This document shows positions 39,612-54,000 of a stretch of DNA of 64,000 nt, piece after piece. The position numbers and the translations under genes were made by a program. The stretch is from Tubiluchus corallicola (Eukaryota; Animalia; Priapulida), in assembly GCA_030141605.1 (NCBI GenBank), contig JAQGDQ010000258.1:186001-250000 (forward strand), read 5' to 3'. The notes under the pieces were generated by a model. It did not search any database. It worked only from the letters and a program-made list of their open reading frames with translations, and was not told the DNA's origin. How positions within the stretch are numbered: position 1 is the stretch's first letter; the number at the start of each line of letters is the position of its first letter.

Positions 39612-42600
39612 ATGGCACTGGAAACATCGTGTTTTGGTTGCTATGTTCAGCTTTTTCCACCTTACATTCAGTGTACATTGTGCAAAAGTCAAGAAGTTGC
39701 TGCTATATCCAACATCAACCACAATGAAATAGTTACTTCACATATGGTTGATCTCTGTCTTAACTGCTTTGCAAAAGGATTCGAAGAAGGAAAACATGAG
39801 AGCGATCATCCTTATAGTATAATAGTAAGTGGTGTTACGATTGGAAGACCTTAATTGCACAGGTTTAGAATGGAATTATAATTATAGTTTCTCAAATTTT
39901 ATTTATAAGATCAAACGATGGACATGTGTATGTGCTGTTGATACATGTCTAACTCTAAAACTCATTGTTGTGAAGTTGTAATTTTTTGTGTTTAAATTGA
40001 ATGCTTTGCAGCTAAGAAGGGTTACCAAAGTTATGACCAGTGTTTTGGCATCTATCCACTATTGCTGGCAAAGAACTCGAAAACAACTGGTTCTCTGTTC
40101 TCCTTGTAATAAAGATAGTCACCTAATAATGTGATATTAATCACTTATTTGCAGATTTTATATAATTATGTCTGGCTTTTTATGTATGTTTATGTCTATT
40201 GTTTAGAAATAAATGATTATTAGTTGTAAATGGACTTTTAGGGTTATGATTTTGCCTGTTTGTTAAACATTTATCTGAGATCTATATTTTTGTGTTTAAC
40301 AAAAGTATCAGCATATTGACACTTGTTGTACTTGATGACATGCGTTCAGTAATAATATGTATCTGTAAATGGTATTTCTCTGTTATTTGTTAACATAAGT
40401 TAACAATCATGTTAATAGAATACTAAATTGTAGATCTATAAAGAGTTGTACTTTTTATGATACATTCTTATGTTTTAATCAGAGGAATGATTTTGATTTG
40501 TTGGAGTCTGGCTGGACTGCACTTGAAGAATTAGAACTGCTGGATGCTATTGCTAAAGAAGGTATTGGTAACTGGTATGTGAATAACTTAGTCTCTGATA
40601 CTTACAAATGGAAAAGCACTGTCAGGCTAAAAACTAATATTGATGCAGAAGTGCGTTCAATCATGTTCAAAGAATAAAATATCCCAGTCATCAAATTACG
40701 ACCAAATTAATACAGAATTTAGCGCAATTGGAAAAGTGCTGGCAACTTATAACTAACATTTAAATTGGAAACTGTAGCTTCATACAATGGATGCAAACTT
40801 GTAAACTAATTTTAGAAATACGACTGGAAATTCATAAAAGCAAAATAATTTGTCTTTCCTTGAATGTGTAAATAGTAAGTAGTATTATCAAAATATAACG
40901 TGTGTGTTTGAAAATTTAAGCAGCATTTACCAGGCATGTGGAATTTGTTATGCGTTATTGCGCAAAAATCGCTTTATATTATTTTCAATTAACTTGTTTA
41001 TCAGACCTCGTATCATTTCGTTGTTTTTTTTCTGTAGCTATTTCTATTAGATTGTTTATGTGGAACCCAATAATACATAACTTATTCCAGATGTCTGATT
41101 AACACTGCTTTACTTATAAGAAATAGGTCATTATATGGTCTTGATAGTGAGTTTACTTGTTGACTCGCCACGAACATCCAGTTTGAGTTTAACTTGCCGT
41201 TGAATGCTGATTCCAGCTTGCAGTGTGCTGAATTATAGAAAAATGAACTATGTGATTTATTCTTTAGTAGTAACGTAAATGACATTGCGAATGCTTCACT
41301 TGCAATTGGACATAGAAACTTCTTTTTACTCTGCAGTTACTGATCACTATTCTGCATTGTATCAAAGTTATTGCAAACTTGAGTTTGCCACTGCACATCG
41401 CACTGGCTGATAAAGCTACTGTGATGATCTTGAAAAAGTATTTTTTCTTATTGAGGCTGATCATAGAAATTAATAGTTCTGTTTTTCGTGAGCACTCCAT
41501 GTAACTGATTTTATTACTCACCTGACAGAAAAATTATATTTTTTATAAAGACACTCTTTTTCATATCTATTGTAATTTGATCTGTAATTTCAAAGTGATT
41601 ATTGCTAATTGTGGCATTACGGAATTCTAAAGCTAATGGGCATGAATTATGTTTTAATAATAGTAATATTTGTTTTACGTTTATCTATGCATTCATATAT
41701 TTTGTGCATTTCAGGGTGGCTGTTGCCAGGAGTATGGATAACAAAACAGCAGAGGAATGCATGTCTCACTATAACAAATGCTACATAACAAATCCTTGTT
41801 ATCCACTTCCTCAATTTCCGTTGCATAATAAATGTAGTTTTACAGCTGCTCCTCTACCATGCACTTGTAAGTTTTGCTCAGAGAAATTTTTAAGTAGTAA
41901 TGAAATATGTTCATATTTGGTAACTTTATTGTCATATTGCTGGCATTTGCTTCATAGTATTTTTTTGCTACTGCTTGTAGTCTTATCTGGACATTGCTAG
42001 ATGCTGTTGCTTACACACTCATTTTCTCTCGGGCTTCTTATCCATGGAATTTTTTAGCTGAAATTTGTATTCCTGAAAACTACAACCTCGTCCAGTTCAA
42101 GAAAAACATCAACAGATGCTTTTAATCACTACCTACTTAGTTATTACAAGTATTTATTTCTCTGGACTTATATTTTCATCTTTTTGCTGTAACTCTTTAT
42201 CCTGAGTGGCCATTGATTATATTTGTCGTGGTATGTGTGAAAAAAAATTGTAGTGGCTTTTAATAGTTTTGCATGCATTGAGACGTGTTTTTTTCAACAA
42301 TGTGCACTTGTGGACATAATGAGTTATTTAAAGATTATCTGCCATGGCATGTGGTTTGTCTGGTTAATGTAATGTGAATTTTCTCCCACATTTGGTTGTT
42401 CTTTAAAAAGCATTATACAAACTATACTTTGCAAGATTTTACAGGGCAGTCTAGATATCTTGCCCATTTTGTTAATTCTACAAATTCAACCTAAAAGTGC
42501 TCATTGTACAGTTTAGGAAGGTGTTCTCGCTTTTTGTGCAGGATAGCTCCTCCACAATGATTAACACACACTACTAACAATGGGATCAGTTTTGAAATGA

Positions 42601-45600
42601 TTCCTGCTATAAAATCATAAATTAGTTATTTCTTTTGTTAGCAATAGCATTTAGGTTTAATATGAGTGGTAGTAACAAGAATAGAAAGGTAACGAATAGT
42701 AAAAGCAAAAAGCATCTGAAATTTTGTTTTCCTCCACCATAAATATGTTTGTACACAATAAGAAGTAATCAGTTGAAATACTTCTTTTGAAATTTGTTAT
42801 CATTACGATTTACTTACTTTGGCGTCACTATTCTGCTAAAGTTCTTTGTTTTTAGTTAGTGAAGATCCGCCTCGACCTACGATGAACACCACCTGGTGGC
42901 AAGATCTTGCTGGCTATGATGGAGCTAAGAGTGAATTTGTAGTTGAATATGATAACTTTGCAGAGTATGAAATAGCTGAACTCAATTTTGATATTGATGG
43001 TGACACTAACTATGCTGATCTCTTAGATAAAGCAACTAAACCTTCCAATGAGGATAAGAAAAAGGATTTTTTAAACTTTGGTATGTTGGAAATTTGGAAT
43101 TAAGTTTCATGAAGCTTAGTTTCAAGTGGATTTAATTCAGGCAAGTAAATGTTACACTAAGTGAGAAAAGCTGTCATGTTTAATTAAAATGCTGTAAACT
43201 GTATCCAGAGGTACAAACACAAATTTGTAACAGAATGACTAATTAACCACAAAATACACAGTGTTGGAAAAATGCCAGAGCAACATAGTTATAAAGCACA
43301 AAATGTCACTAGTAACACTGCATGAAAACATCAAATATGTAACAGCGAGATTTGTTTTGTAGATAATAACCAGCTGGTACATTAAGCAAAATTATTTGCA
43401 GTGTATCAAGCAGATGGAGACATTGTATTAGCAAAATAAAGAGATGTACAGCTTTGGGACCGAAGTGTTTTGACCCAATTAACCGACTGAACCTATTAAC
43501 CAAATGGGTGTAGTATTACTGGTACAGAAGTAAGAGTCACCAGCTTAGTATGTGCTGCAAAGGTTTTTAATCAATTTTAGAAATGAAATAAAGCCTAAAT
43601 TCCTCTGTGCAGTTAAAGATTAGAAAAAAATATTTTAAAATATTAATTTATGTAAGTGAATTAGCAATAAATTAAAGTGTACACAAGTCTGTTTATTCGC
43701 AAAAATTACAAAAATTCCTTCAAAGTCGGCTGCTTCATTTTATTGCGAAAAGTTCTCATAATGATAAAAACAATGAAAATCTGTTGTTCTATGATACACA
43801 AATTCTCATAAAATACTTAGCGCTTGACGTGATTAAACTGTTGGTGGTGCCCCTGTTTCCCCGCATGTAGCTTCATCTTTAGTATCGCCTAAGCTCCCGC
43901 ATACTATAATTGTGACGTACTTATTGTACTGTGAGTGCATTGCTGGCATAACAGCAACATCTAACTTATTAAACTTTCTGGCAAAGACTGCCAGAGCTTC
44001 AAAAGCAAACCACTAAGCAAGCGATTGAATGTTTTGTTCCCAGTAATTCTTGGGTAACGAGGTTAATTGCAGTGGACAGGCGGGTCAAAGCAAACCATTA
44101 GGCTAGCATAATTAGCGTATGATAAATGTTCCTGCTTACATGATTGTGTCTATGTATATTATAGGACAAAAGCGAACTAAGATGATATAAAAGTCAGAAA
44201 AGCTTATTAGTCACACGAAAGTGTCTTATTGAAGCATGTGAAGCAAAAATATTGAGTCAATTATGCTGAGTTATTTGAGTCAATTACTGACAGTTTTATG
44301 TACATTTGAATAGAAGCGGCCCGTACCAGGTATTTTTGAGTCAATTAAGTGATTGAGTCTATTCACCGTGAGTCTATTAAACAGCGCCTACTGTATTATA
44401 AATATTTGTGGCTTTAATAAGCAAAAGGAATATAAGAATCAAAAACATAGTTTATGTTTATGTTAAATTATGAAGAGTATTAAAATCTGACTGATGGTTA
44501 GGGAATAGGTATGCATTTATGATTGTGTTTAGAATGCAACATTAATTCTGATTGGTAACTAGGTGGGTAACCTGGAAAACTGCTGTACAGCTCATTTGCC
44601 TTACTGTCCTCGACTATTTACCTTCTTGATGGAAAATGCATGTAGAATCTGTCTTTCATGTTTGAGAACACAAAAGTGCTAAAAGTCAACTACTCATTCC
44701 CCATTCACATCTTTGTAGTTTGGAAATAAATGATGATATAGTCACTGTTACTGACAAATCAAATTTTAAATGTGCATTTTTTACTAAAAGAAGCTTTCCT
44801 TATTAGCAGATTCAAGTATAATATGAACAGTAAATGGAAGGCTACACTTTAGTTTGACTTGTGAAATAGTAATGTTTCTAATCGTGGTTGATCTTGCATC
44901 ACTGCACATTTGACACTAATCTAAAATGAATGTTCTAGCCTCTGTCAGATCAGCTGAAACTCTGAAGGTGCTAATAGCCTATTAGTGAAGATGTTCCCGA
45001 CTAAATCTGTTTTAATAAATATATCATTATCCTGTTAAAATGCCTGATTTCCCTGGAGTAAAAAGATAGCATCACTTGAAAAATCACTTTAAAGTATACA
45101 TTGGTATCATTATATCTCAGGAGATTGAAACAAAGGGCAGTACTACACAAATACATTTATGTGGATAAATTATTCAGGCAGTATGCCACAAACAGTTTTA
45201 TTCTTTTGTTTCCATCTGTTCATACATGTTTCCAGAAGTTTCCTTAACTTTTGCTTCATATTCCAATAACTTCTTTACTGTATACTTTTATGCTTCGTAT
45301 GCGATGTTTTTTGTGCTAGTAGTGACATTTGAATTTTTCTTCAATTTATGTTAGTAACTAAAAATTGTTGCTTTTAAGTCAATTAAAATTTCTTTCAAAC
45401 TTGATTAAATAGTAATCAATCAATGCAAATTTAGTGCATTACTTGTGAGTCTAGATTTAAAGTTGACTGTGATTGATATCTGCCTAAACCGTTTACGTGA
45501 AAGATGGCGGCGACACAGAATCCTGAGAAGATACGGTCTTGTTAACATTCATAAACATAAAGGTAGCAATATTTTTAATGTCTTACTGACTTTATTGCCA

Positions 45601-48459
45601 TACAAACAACGATAATTGCAAATGACTTAGAATAATAACAAAATGCATTATGTGTGACTAAGGCAAGAAGGTTTAGTCTGTGGTTACCTTTGTTTTACTG
45701 TCATAGTAAAATACGGGCACTTGTTGCACCAAAGGGTTTTTTAAAAATTTACAGTAAAGCTATAAATGCTCAACTGCACAATTTTTATGCTTTATGAATT
45801 TGTTTTATAGGCGTAAATGATTTTTAACAAATCAGAAAGCAGTATGTCAGCACTCAAAAACAGAATATATTGGTAGTTATTAATGAAAGTTTACATGTGC
45901 GTTTAAGATCGTTTTAAAATAATGAATAACATTTTACGAACTGCTCTGTATCTTCAGATTGCAAAATTTTCTACAATCACCAAAAGAATTTAATGAAGTT
46001 AGAATAGAATAGAAATTTATTTTTGACAAGAATAGAATAGAAATTTATTTTTGACATGGGCACATGGTCTGAAGATGCAGCAAGTTCTTAAAAATGTTAA
46101 GTGTGCTTTTAAGTAAATTTATCAAGTAATAATTGGATTTATCTAATCAGGATGTCAGAAATTAAAAAGATTCCTATAGAAGATTTGGTGTTGCAGAGAA
46201 AATAAGGAATAAAGACAAACTAAGGAGCGAAAAGTCATGTCAAGTCACTGTTAAATTAATGCTTTTGGTGAACAGTATTGAACGGTTACAGTTTCTGGTA
46301 TCATTTGTGTAGCTTTGGAACAGAGACGGTATGGAAAGATGCTCGGATCTACAGTGCTAGAAAACTTAATTCCATTTATGAAATTACTGGCTCCTGCAGA
46401 TTATGATAAACTTCTGGAATCTCTTCATTGTAAGCCTTTACACGTTACAATGACTTTATAAGAATATTACTTGTTTCTTTCATTGTTTTGCAGAATTTTG
46501 CAAAGGTAGCATTTTCGGAATTGCTTTTGTCAACTGGCAGTTTTGTGAACTTCCTTTTTGCGTAATGATAGAAAATTTGGTAATAAATGTAAAATGGTGT
46601 TTAATTTGTAGATGATAGTAATCTGGAGTCCATTTCTGTGGCATCTTTGAAGTTATAGCTTTTTCTTTTTAATTGGTTTAGATGAAACAGAACTTAGGGC
46701 AAAGATTCAGAAGCTGCTGTTGTACCGTGACGAAGGTATTAAGCACTTGCATAGTGTTGCCATTTACGAACGTTTAAAGTTACGTAAGTCTGAAAAATGT
46801 CGCAAGAAGAAATTGCTTGACAAGGCTTTGATGTTGGTAAGAGCATGTAGTAAATTCAGTCAATAATTGCAAGTAGTTTCAACTTTTTACTTATGTTTTT
46901 TATTATTTTTTAATTTCTTCATTTGTTGTTGTGATTACAAATAATCATTTGTTACTTTCTTTTTGTTGTTTTATTTTGTAAAGTTTTGTTTTCATGTACA
47001 AATAAGTTTTTTTAATATAGTGCAGAAATGCATCACATTCATGGCTGGAGAATACAGAATTATTTCTTCAAAGTGAAGCACGTCTTCCTAATTCCCGTGA
47101 GTTTTAATTTCTCTTCTTAGTGATTATATATATTTCCGTACGGTGAAAATTTAAAATTAACTGTAAAGACCAAAGAAGAAAAGACAAAGACAACATTCAT
47201 TTACGTACGTTCTTTTAACAAACAACATTAGCACTAACTGCTATTTAGCGACTTACACGTACGTAACGCACAAACAACGAATAACATGTAGGTATATGCC
47301 CAGGCATTGGCAGCCGCTAGTATTTAACTCAAGACTGCATGGTTAGAGTCCAAAATCTAGACCACTCTGTATCATAACCCATGTAAATTAAAATAATAAT
47401 ATTTGAAATAGGAGAGAGAGAGAGAGTTCTCCTGAATAAATATTATAAATATTCTCCTGAATAAATATTATAATCTTTGAGACTATAAAGGGCATTACGT
47501 TTTTCTCTTTTTTTCTTTGTAAATAATAATATTATTGCACTGTGCTACCGTATTTTTGTTGCTAATGAATATTTATTAATGGAACCTTAGGAAGAATTTG
47601 CCTTTTTTGTGATACTGTAGTGGCTATTTCAAAAAATAATGGATATAAAATATTGTGGTTATTTTGTTTTATGATATAAGAGATATAAGACGTATTTATT
47701 TCACACGTGGTAGAATACAAATTAGCTATTAATAAAACTATTTTTATAGAAGAAAATGTGTGAGGGCAGTGTCCCAAAAACACTGCCCTTATATATTGTT
47801 GATTTACAGAATTTAGTTTTTGGTGGCTTGGCTCTACATAAAATAGGTCACCATTAGTTCATCATTAGAAGAATAATATTAATATATTTTTATAGGCCTA
47901 TTATAAAATTCAAATGCATGTTAATCAATATGAATAATTATTGGAATAAGATGGATGATAATGGTGGGCAAGTAAAATCATATGTTCAGTAAACTCAATC
48001 ACAAAAACTAAACTATAAGAAAAAGCCAATCTTCAATGTATTATTGCTGGAAATAAATGGTTCGGTTGAAAACTAGAAGATTCTGTTTAATTTCGGGTAT
48101 TGATGAATGAAATGTAAGTAAAAGTAATTATATTATGTCAAGTAGTAAAGTGTCAAGTAGTATTGGCTCTTATGCTCGTGTTATTTTTAGCTCGTCGACC
48201 TGCACCACCTTTGCACATAGTTGGGTTGCCAGGCTACGAAAAATTGTCTCTTAGTGAGTGTGAACTGTGTTCTACATGCAGGTTAGTTCCAGAATCATTT
48301 CTTACGTTCAAGGACACGTTATTGACGGAATACAATAAAAATGGTTATCTAAAACTTGCTCAAGCTAGGCATCTTATTAAAATTGATGTGAACAAGACCA
48401 GGCAAATCTATAATTTGCTTTTAGAGAATGGAGAAATTAGAAAAGATCCGGTGTCTTGA
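39612..48459 (+). CDS. TADA2A: Transcriptional adapter 2-alpha (ATAC HAT complex), 468 aa
   Basis: Exons 39612-39824, 40483-40574, 41715-41866, 42856-43080, 45455-45562, 46313-46429, 46682-46836, 47021-47096, 48191-48459; 1407 nt, phases consistent. ZZ zinc finger, SANT (WTALEELELLDA...GIGNW), EYDNFAE box, SWIRM (GLPGYEKL...LAQARHLIKIDVNKTRQIY). Confidence 0.94.
46001..46056. repeat. Exact 28-bp tandem duplication
   Basis: AGAATAGAATAGAAATTTATTTTTGACA twice. Confidence 0.9.
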
Positions 48460-48527
48460 TGTTTGAAGAGATTGTAGATTTTCATACCTCTTGGTTAAAT
48501 TGTCATTCTGTAGAATGCTGTGCATAA

Positions 48528-49322
48528 CAGGTGGTGCAAAAAATGCGCTGAAATTTTAATTATGACATTATAAGAAAATAATGGAATCGCTTGAAAGTTA
48601 GCAGCATGTAGGTTACAGACGTTGTAATTTATAAGCACCAAAAATTTTAGGTCGTTACCTTAGATTTTTTTTAAATGTACAGAAGTTTGAAATCAAATAA
48701 TAATAAGTCAAAAAAATAAATGCAGGGAAAGAATTTTGTGTCACTATTGTAATCTTTATTGCAAGTGCTTTATGTGTCCGCCATTTTAACTGCAAATTAG
48801 ACGAATGCATTTCTTCTAACAGTTGGCACAGTTCACTTCTTTAAGGACTACTGAGCATCCTTCATCCCAGCATCCTAGAAAAAACTTTTGCTTTTAGTTC
48901 TGCATGAAATGGCTTTGTGTGGCTGCGCTGTAAACGTTCTCTTTAAGGGAATTCCAGATACTGTAGTCTAGAGGATTAAGTCCCATTTCTTCTTAACTAC
49001 AAAGCTTTTTCAGTGCTTTAGTTTCTACGATGAAAATTGGTTGATTTCTTTATTATTTAGCTGCCATCAGTTGTGCAGTTGTACATCAACTTGGCTACTT
49101 ATTAATTAATGATTTTAGTGGACATTGGGCTAGAATATAGTTTTTTAACCTGGAAAAGATTTTTGACCATAACTTAAAAACTACTAAAGCTATAAACCTG
49201 TAACTTTCACTACCAAGAGTTAATGTATTATAATACCACACCCTGAAATTTCAACTTTGTTGGGTAATTACTTCTAATATATTGTAGTCTAAACTTCAGC
49301 ATATTTTTTTCTACACAATCTG
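48528..49322 (-). mobile_element. Internally deleted Tc1/mariner transposon
   Basis: Degenerate TIRs CAGGTGGTGCAAAAAATGCGCTGAAATTT and AAACTTCAGCATATTTTTTTCTACACAATCTG. Minus strand encodes LNPLDYSIWNSLKENVYS...NGGHIKHLQ*, a transposase C-terminus. Confidence 0.82.
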
Positions 49323-51040
49323 ATGTAATTAATAAATATTTTTTTCTCTGTTTTTAAAATTTCTTCAGTTTTGCTTTGCTGTTCATAATGACAGGAATTA
49401 TACGATGATAGTATTTTCCATTAGTAGTCCTAGTAGTAAAATAAATTGTGCAGTCGAGCAGTGAGTCTACCATGATCAGCATTTTCAGAATGTTTGCCTA
49501 AATAAGTACTAATTAGTATTTCCTTCTTTTACCTTTAAGATACGTATGCTTAGGTAGATTGTAAATACATTTTTGCAAATTAATGATATCTTGTAATCAG
49601 CAATTGTTTTCCAATATTTTTTTTTGCAAAAACATCATTTTTGACTGATTCTTAATGTTGAAACTCAGACATTTTATTCGATGTTATCTTTCATTATCTT
49701 TATATTTTATTGTCTTCCATGCGAGCTTTGTGGTATGTGGGCAATACCTAACAAACTTTTTGTTTATGTTTGACCATCTTATTTCAGTAATTGACTTTTG
49801 ACTTATGTATGCTTAGTTATATATGCATATGCTTAGTTAAGGTCACAAACTGTGACATAAAACTGTGTCCCTACTATTTCTATATATGTAGCATATTTAT
49901 TTATATCTATATGTGCTCAAAATAATATTGAGACAGATATGGCTATCATCTTGAAGAGACGTCTCCCAAAATCTTGCTATGTTGGACGTATGACTGGGTA
50001 TGAGAGGGTCTAACCCATTAATGTTTACCAGGTACTATAAATTTGTCAAGTTGATTCTCCGACTCTTTACCGTTTTTGAATTGCAATTGACCTTGAACTT
50101 TGAACCACTCAAAATCAGCGACTACTCCACTTACATTGGACTTTTATTGTGCACTATAATTTACCTAAATTTGGTTTCTTAACTCACTGTAGTATGTAAG
50201 TTGCAATCTTCTTTTTTGTTGATGTGTTGAAGGCTTTCAATTAAGTATGTTATTTTACATAAATAATTTTATGTTGTCATTTTATGTTTTCAAAAATTAT
50301 TTTCGAAACTAGATATTATATCGAATATTTTAACTTCACTTTTTATGGCCACTTTTACGTGGTTTATAGATGAATATTGCACTGTTTTTGCATTAATTTG
50401 TATCATTCTTAAAAATTGAAGATATCGCTAAAATGACTTACATGACCAGCAAACAAAAAATTTATCAGCTATAATTTATTGACACCTAGTGATTGAATGA
50501 CATTATATCATAACGATTAACAGATACGTCTAGCATATAAGCATTTAAAACTATCATTTACAACACATAAATTGTAATTCGATTACTTTCTTAACAGTAA
50601 GCTAACAATTAAAACACAATATAACCTACAATTCCACACTTCGTATTTACACGATCTCGACATGTCGTCAAAAACAGCATGTGAACTAAGTGAATTTGCT
50701 TAAACGAGTAGTTATGAGTTAAATAATCAAGTTATCAAATTTTATCCTTTTTTCTGTGCTAGTTAGTCATAAATAAAACCATCATTAGCTTTGTGATAAT
50801 GTAATTTAAATGATAAATTGCTTCTTGTTCTTGCTAGTCTATGCTGGTACTTAATAATTGTTAACTTAACAATACTGGCATGGTGGTGATTCTTTGATGA
50901 ACTATTCTAGCTGTTGCATACAATGATATGAGTAGTAGATATCTATAGCTTGTCTCCATTATATTACTTCATAACACTTCGAGAAACTTGGTTGACGACA
51001 GGCAACATTTGTTGCATTGAACTAAGCTCAATTTTATTCA

Positions 51041-54000
51041 TCAAGTTCTAATTCCTGAGACGTGTCTTGCATTTAAGATATCTGTAATAACATTTCCTCC
51101 TGAACCATCTCCTGGTTGTGCTTGAATGGATCCTGGAGTGCAACTAAACCAGATGGGTGCTGTAGCTTTTGGATAGCCAGTATCAATTTCGAAGTCATTG
51201 TCATCATATCTGTAGTAATTTTCTCCCTAAATCAACAAATTTCCATATTATTTGATGGATAACCTTTTCAAACAGCACCTTTAGGGGTACTCCAGAGTCA
51301 TGGAACTAATTTGTCAAGTATTTGGTTACTTTATTGGGGCAAATAATAAGAAAAAGAGTAGCTCAACGTAATATACTCATTACCTTGAAGAAATAAGTCC
51401 GACCGTTAATCCACGTCATAGCTGATCCGAGATAGTTTAATCCATTATCCCAACTAGAGATAGGCTTAGGGTAACCTGAGTCTACACCTTTACCTATTGT
51501 ATATCTATAGTATCTTGTACCTGTAACAAAATATTACAAAATTGTAAATAAATACACTAGAATTTTTAGTTTAATTTTTGTCTGTTCAATTTCAGTTTTG
51601 TGTCTATAACACAGAGGAATCTCGTTGGGGTATGAGGTATCCTGAAAAGAGCAATAAATGGGAATTTCCATGGAGGTAGAATGGGAATTCCAGAGAATAT
51701 CATAAGAAGTAACACCATTTTAAAATTACAGAACAAGAATTCTTTATATCCAGTATGCATATATTGGTATTACATGAAGTCTATACGAACAAATAGAGTT
51801 TCATTAAATGAAATGAACAATTAAAGTGTATGACATCACAACGAAAAAAGCAAGTGGGTAAACGTAACTCATCTTATGCCTTAATGTTTGTATACCATGT
51901 GGTTATTATAGTAGTAGGAATTTTTATAGTCATAAGAATCTCTTGAATGTCACTGTTGCTCTGATAGAATATTCGCTAAGATGGTTAGATTGAAAATTAA
52001 GATGGTAAGAGGTTCTGGCAATCCTGTGCATTTCAATATGAATAAAATAATTTTGATAAGGCAAAAATAGGTAAGATGCTTATTGAGTATTCCACTGCGC
52101 TGACACACAGAAAACATCAGTTCTTGGATTTCATAAATTCCCATTAAATGGAGCTGTTAAAAAAGTTAGTTCATAATATGGGAAAAAGCATTTCATTCCA
52201 GACATTTTATCGAATACTACTTTAAAGAAAGCGAATACTGCTCAATTTTAGAGCTTCCATAAGTTAAGATCATAAAATTGACAGAGGATTTATACGTGGA
52301 TGCAATTCCAGTCCAGACAGACAGGCAAGAAATGCTTACAGTAACAGTTTTTAGTCCTCAACATAAAGCCTAACATTAAACTACGAATTAATATAAAGCA
52401 CAAACATAAAACTTCCTTATCAGGACTACCTATGATCAAGTTCACGACTGCTGCCCTTTCAATAAGTTCCTTTTTAGTCTGGAATTGAAAATCCAGTGTT
52501 AATCACAGACGGGATGTTATATGGTGTGGCCGTCGGGTGAATCCATTGTCTTTAATAATTAGCAACTCAACCCGATAGCCAAATGACATTAGATAATCAG
52601 GAAATCGATAAAAGTCACTCATTGAACTACAGGAGGTACTGTACAACAATGTACGCACCACGAGTGATAAGTACTGACACACAGAAATGTCTTTAAAATC
52701 AGATTCGCTCGTTGTGCGTACGTGACGTCACGTAATTGCGCGGTTGGAACAGTATCGCAGGAGACTTGATTTGAAATGAAAACAAACAGAAATTCTTTTG
52801 ATTGTGAGTGCAACACGCGTCTAAGATCGCTATAAACTAATATAATTCTTATAAGACAATTTTTTCTGAAACTTACATTACGTACCCTTCTCTTATCCTT
52901 TAAAATCATAATTGCGAGTTTCGTGAACATAAATCGTAATTGGAGCGCTGTGTTGCGAATTTACAGCCATGAACAGTCACGGTGTTGCGCGCCGAGCGAC
53001 CCACTAGCCGAAGTAGGACAATTGGCGTACATGGGCTAGCCCAAGTAGGACGCCTCGTACATGTAAGCGTGCTGGCACCGTCCGTTGTCTTTGTTTACGT
53101 ATTGATAATAATTAAAAATGTCAATACATGTTGAATAATTTATTATACATTTGATAAAATAAAAGAATTTTATTCTGAGCTAGAAGAATTAATATTTACC
53201 AATATTAATCTCCTTTGAAGTGAAATAAGTGCACTTTTTAGGCGATTCAACATTTTCTTAATGTATATCATTTTTTGTCTTGTCTTGCTTCACAGACAGG
53301 TGATCCGTTTCACTCCTTCTTGGACAAATAATTGTTTTCTACTAAGTAAACGGGTTAGCGAGTTATGTGCCCTACGTAGTTTCTCTCTTTAAAGCATGAG
53401 ATACTTAGTTTAATGTTATGATGATATTAGTAGAGCTAAGAATAATGATGATATTGATGTAAAAAATACATTTGTTAAGTTGTCAAGGACTATCCATCGT
53501 TATTATTTTTCTAAAACAAATTTAGTTTTATGTTTTATTATGTCATAAGTCTTGATTCTCGACAGAAATCGCTAGTATCCTACTTGGGCTGCCCATGTAT
53601 GACACTGCTTTTCCGCAAATTTAGCACATGCGTTTTACCGGACGTGTCATACCTCGGCTAGTGGGTTACTCGGCGCCCTTCAGTTGTTTATCAAACTTAC
53701 ACAATTCCTAGGAAAATGTATGAAATAATTTGACAAAATATTCAATTTTACACCGGTTCGCACAATTTTTGGGTTACTCGTTTACGAAGTATCTATAAAG
53801 AGTGCGCTTTGACGATTTAGTCATTTTCGTTCTCATTGTTGTTCATATAATAAATTTTCGTCAGTTTTAATATTCCTCAGGATAGTTTATTGCTTATATT
53901 TTTAATATAATTTTTTAAGCAAAGCAAAGTTACTCCTTATTTTAAATTTAAAAAAATTGATGCATGCCAATGGTAAACGGTTTTCTAAATGACATAGTCA

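Noticed and set aside
41082-41521. Two adjacent minus-strand ORFs in TADA2A intron 2, and a C/D-box-like pair at 41421-41460
   Set aside because: No recognisable protein motif; C-to-D distance of about 40 nt is too short for a snoRNA.
51041-51140. Membrane-type (TM or GPI) MMP tail, or stop readthrough
   Set aside because: The tail after the hemopexin Cys is polar and ends in tandem TGA TGA; no hydrophobic segment follows.
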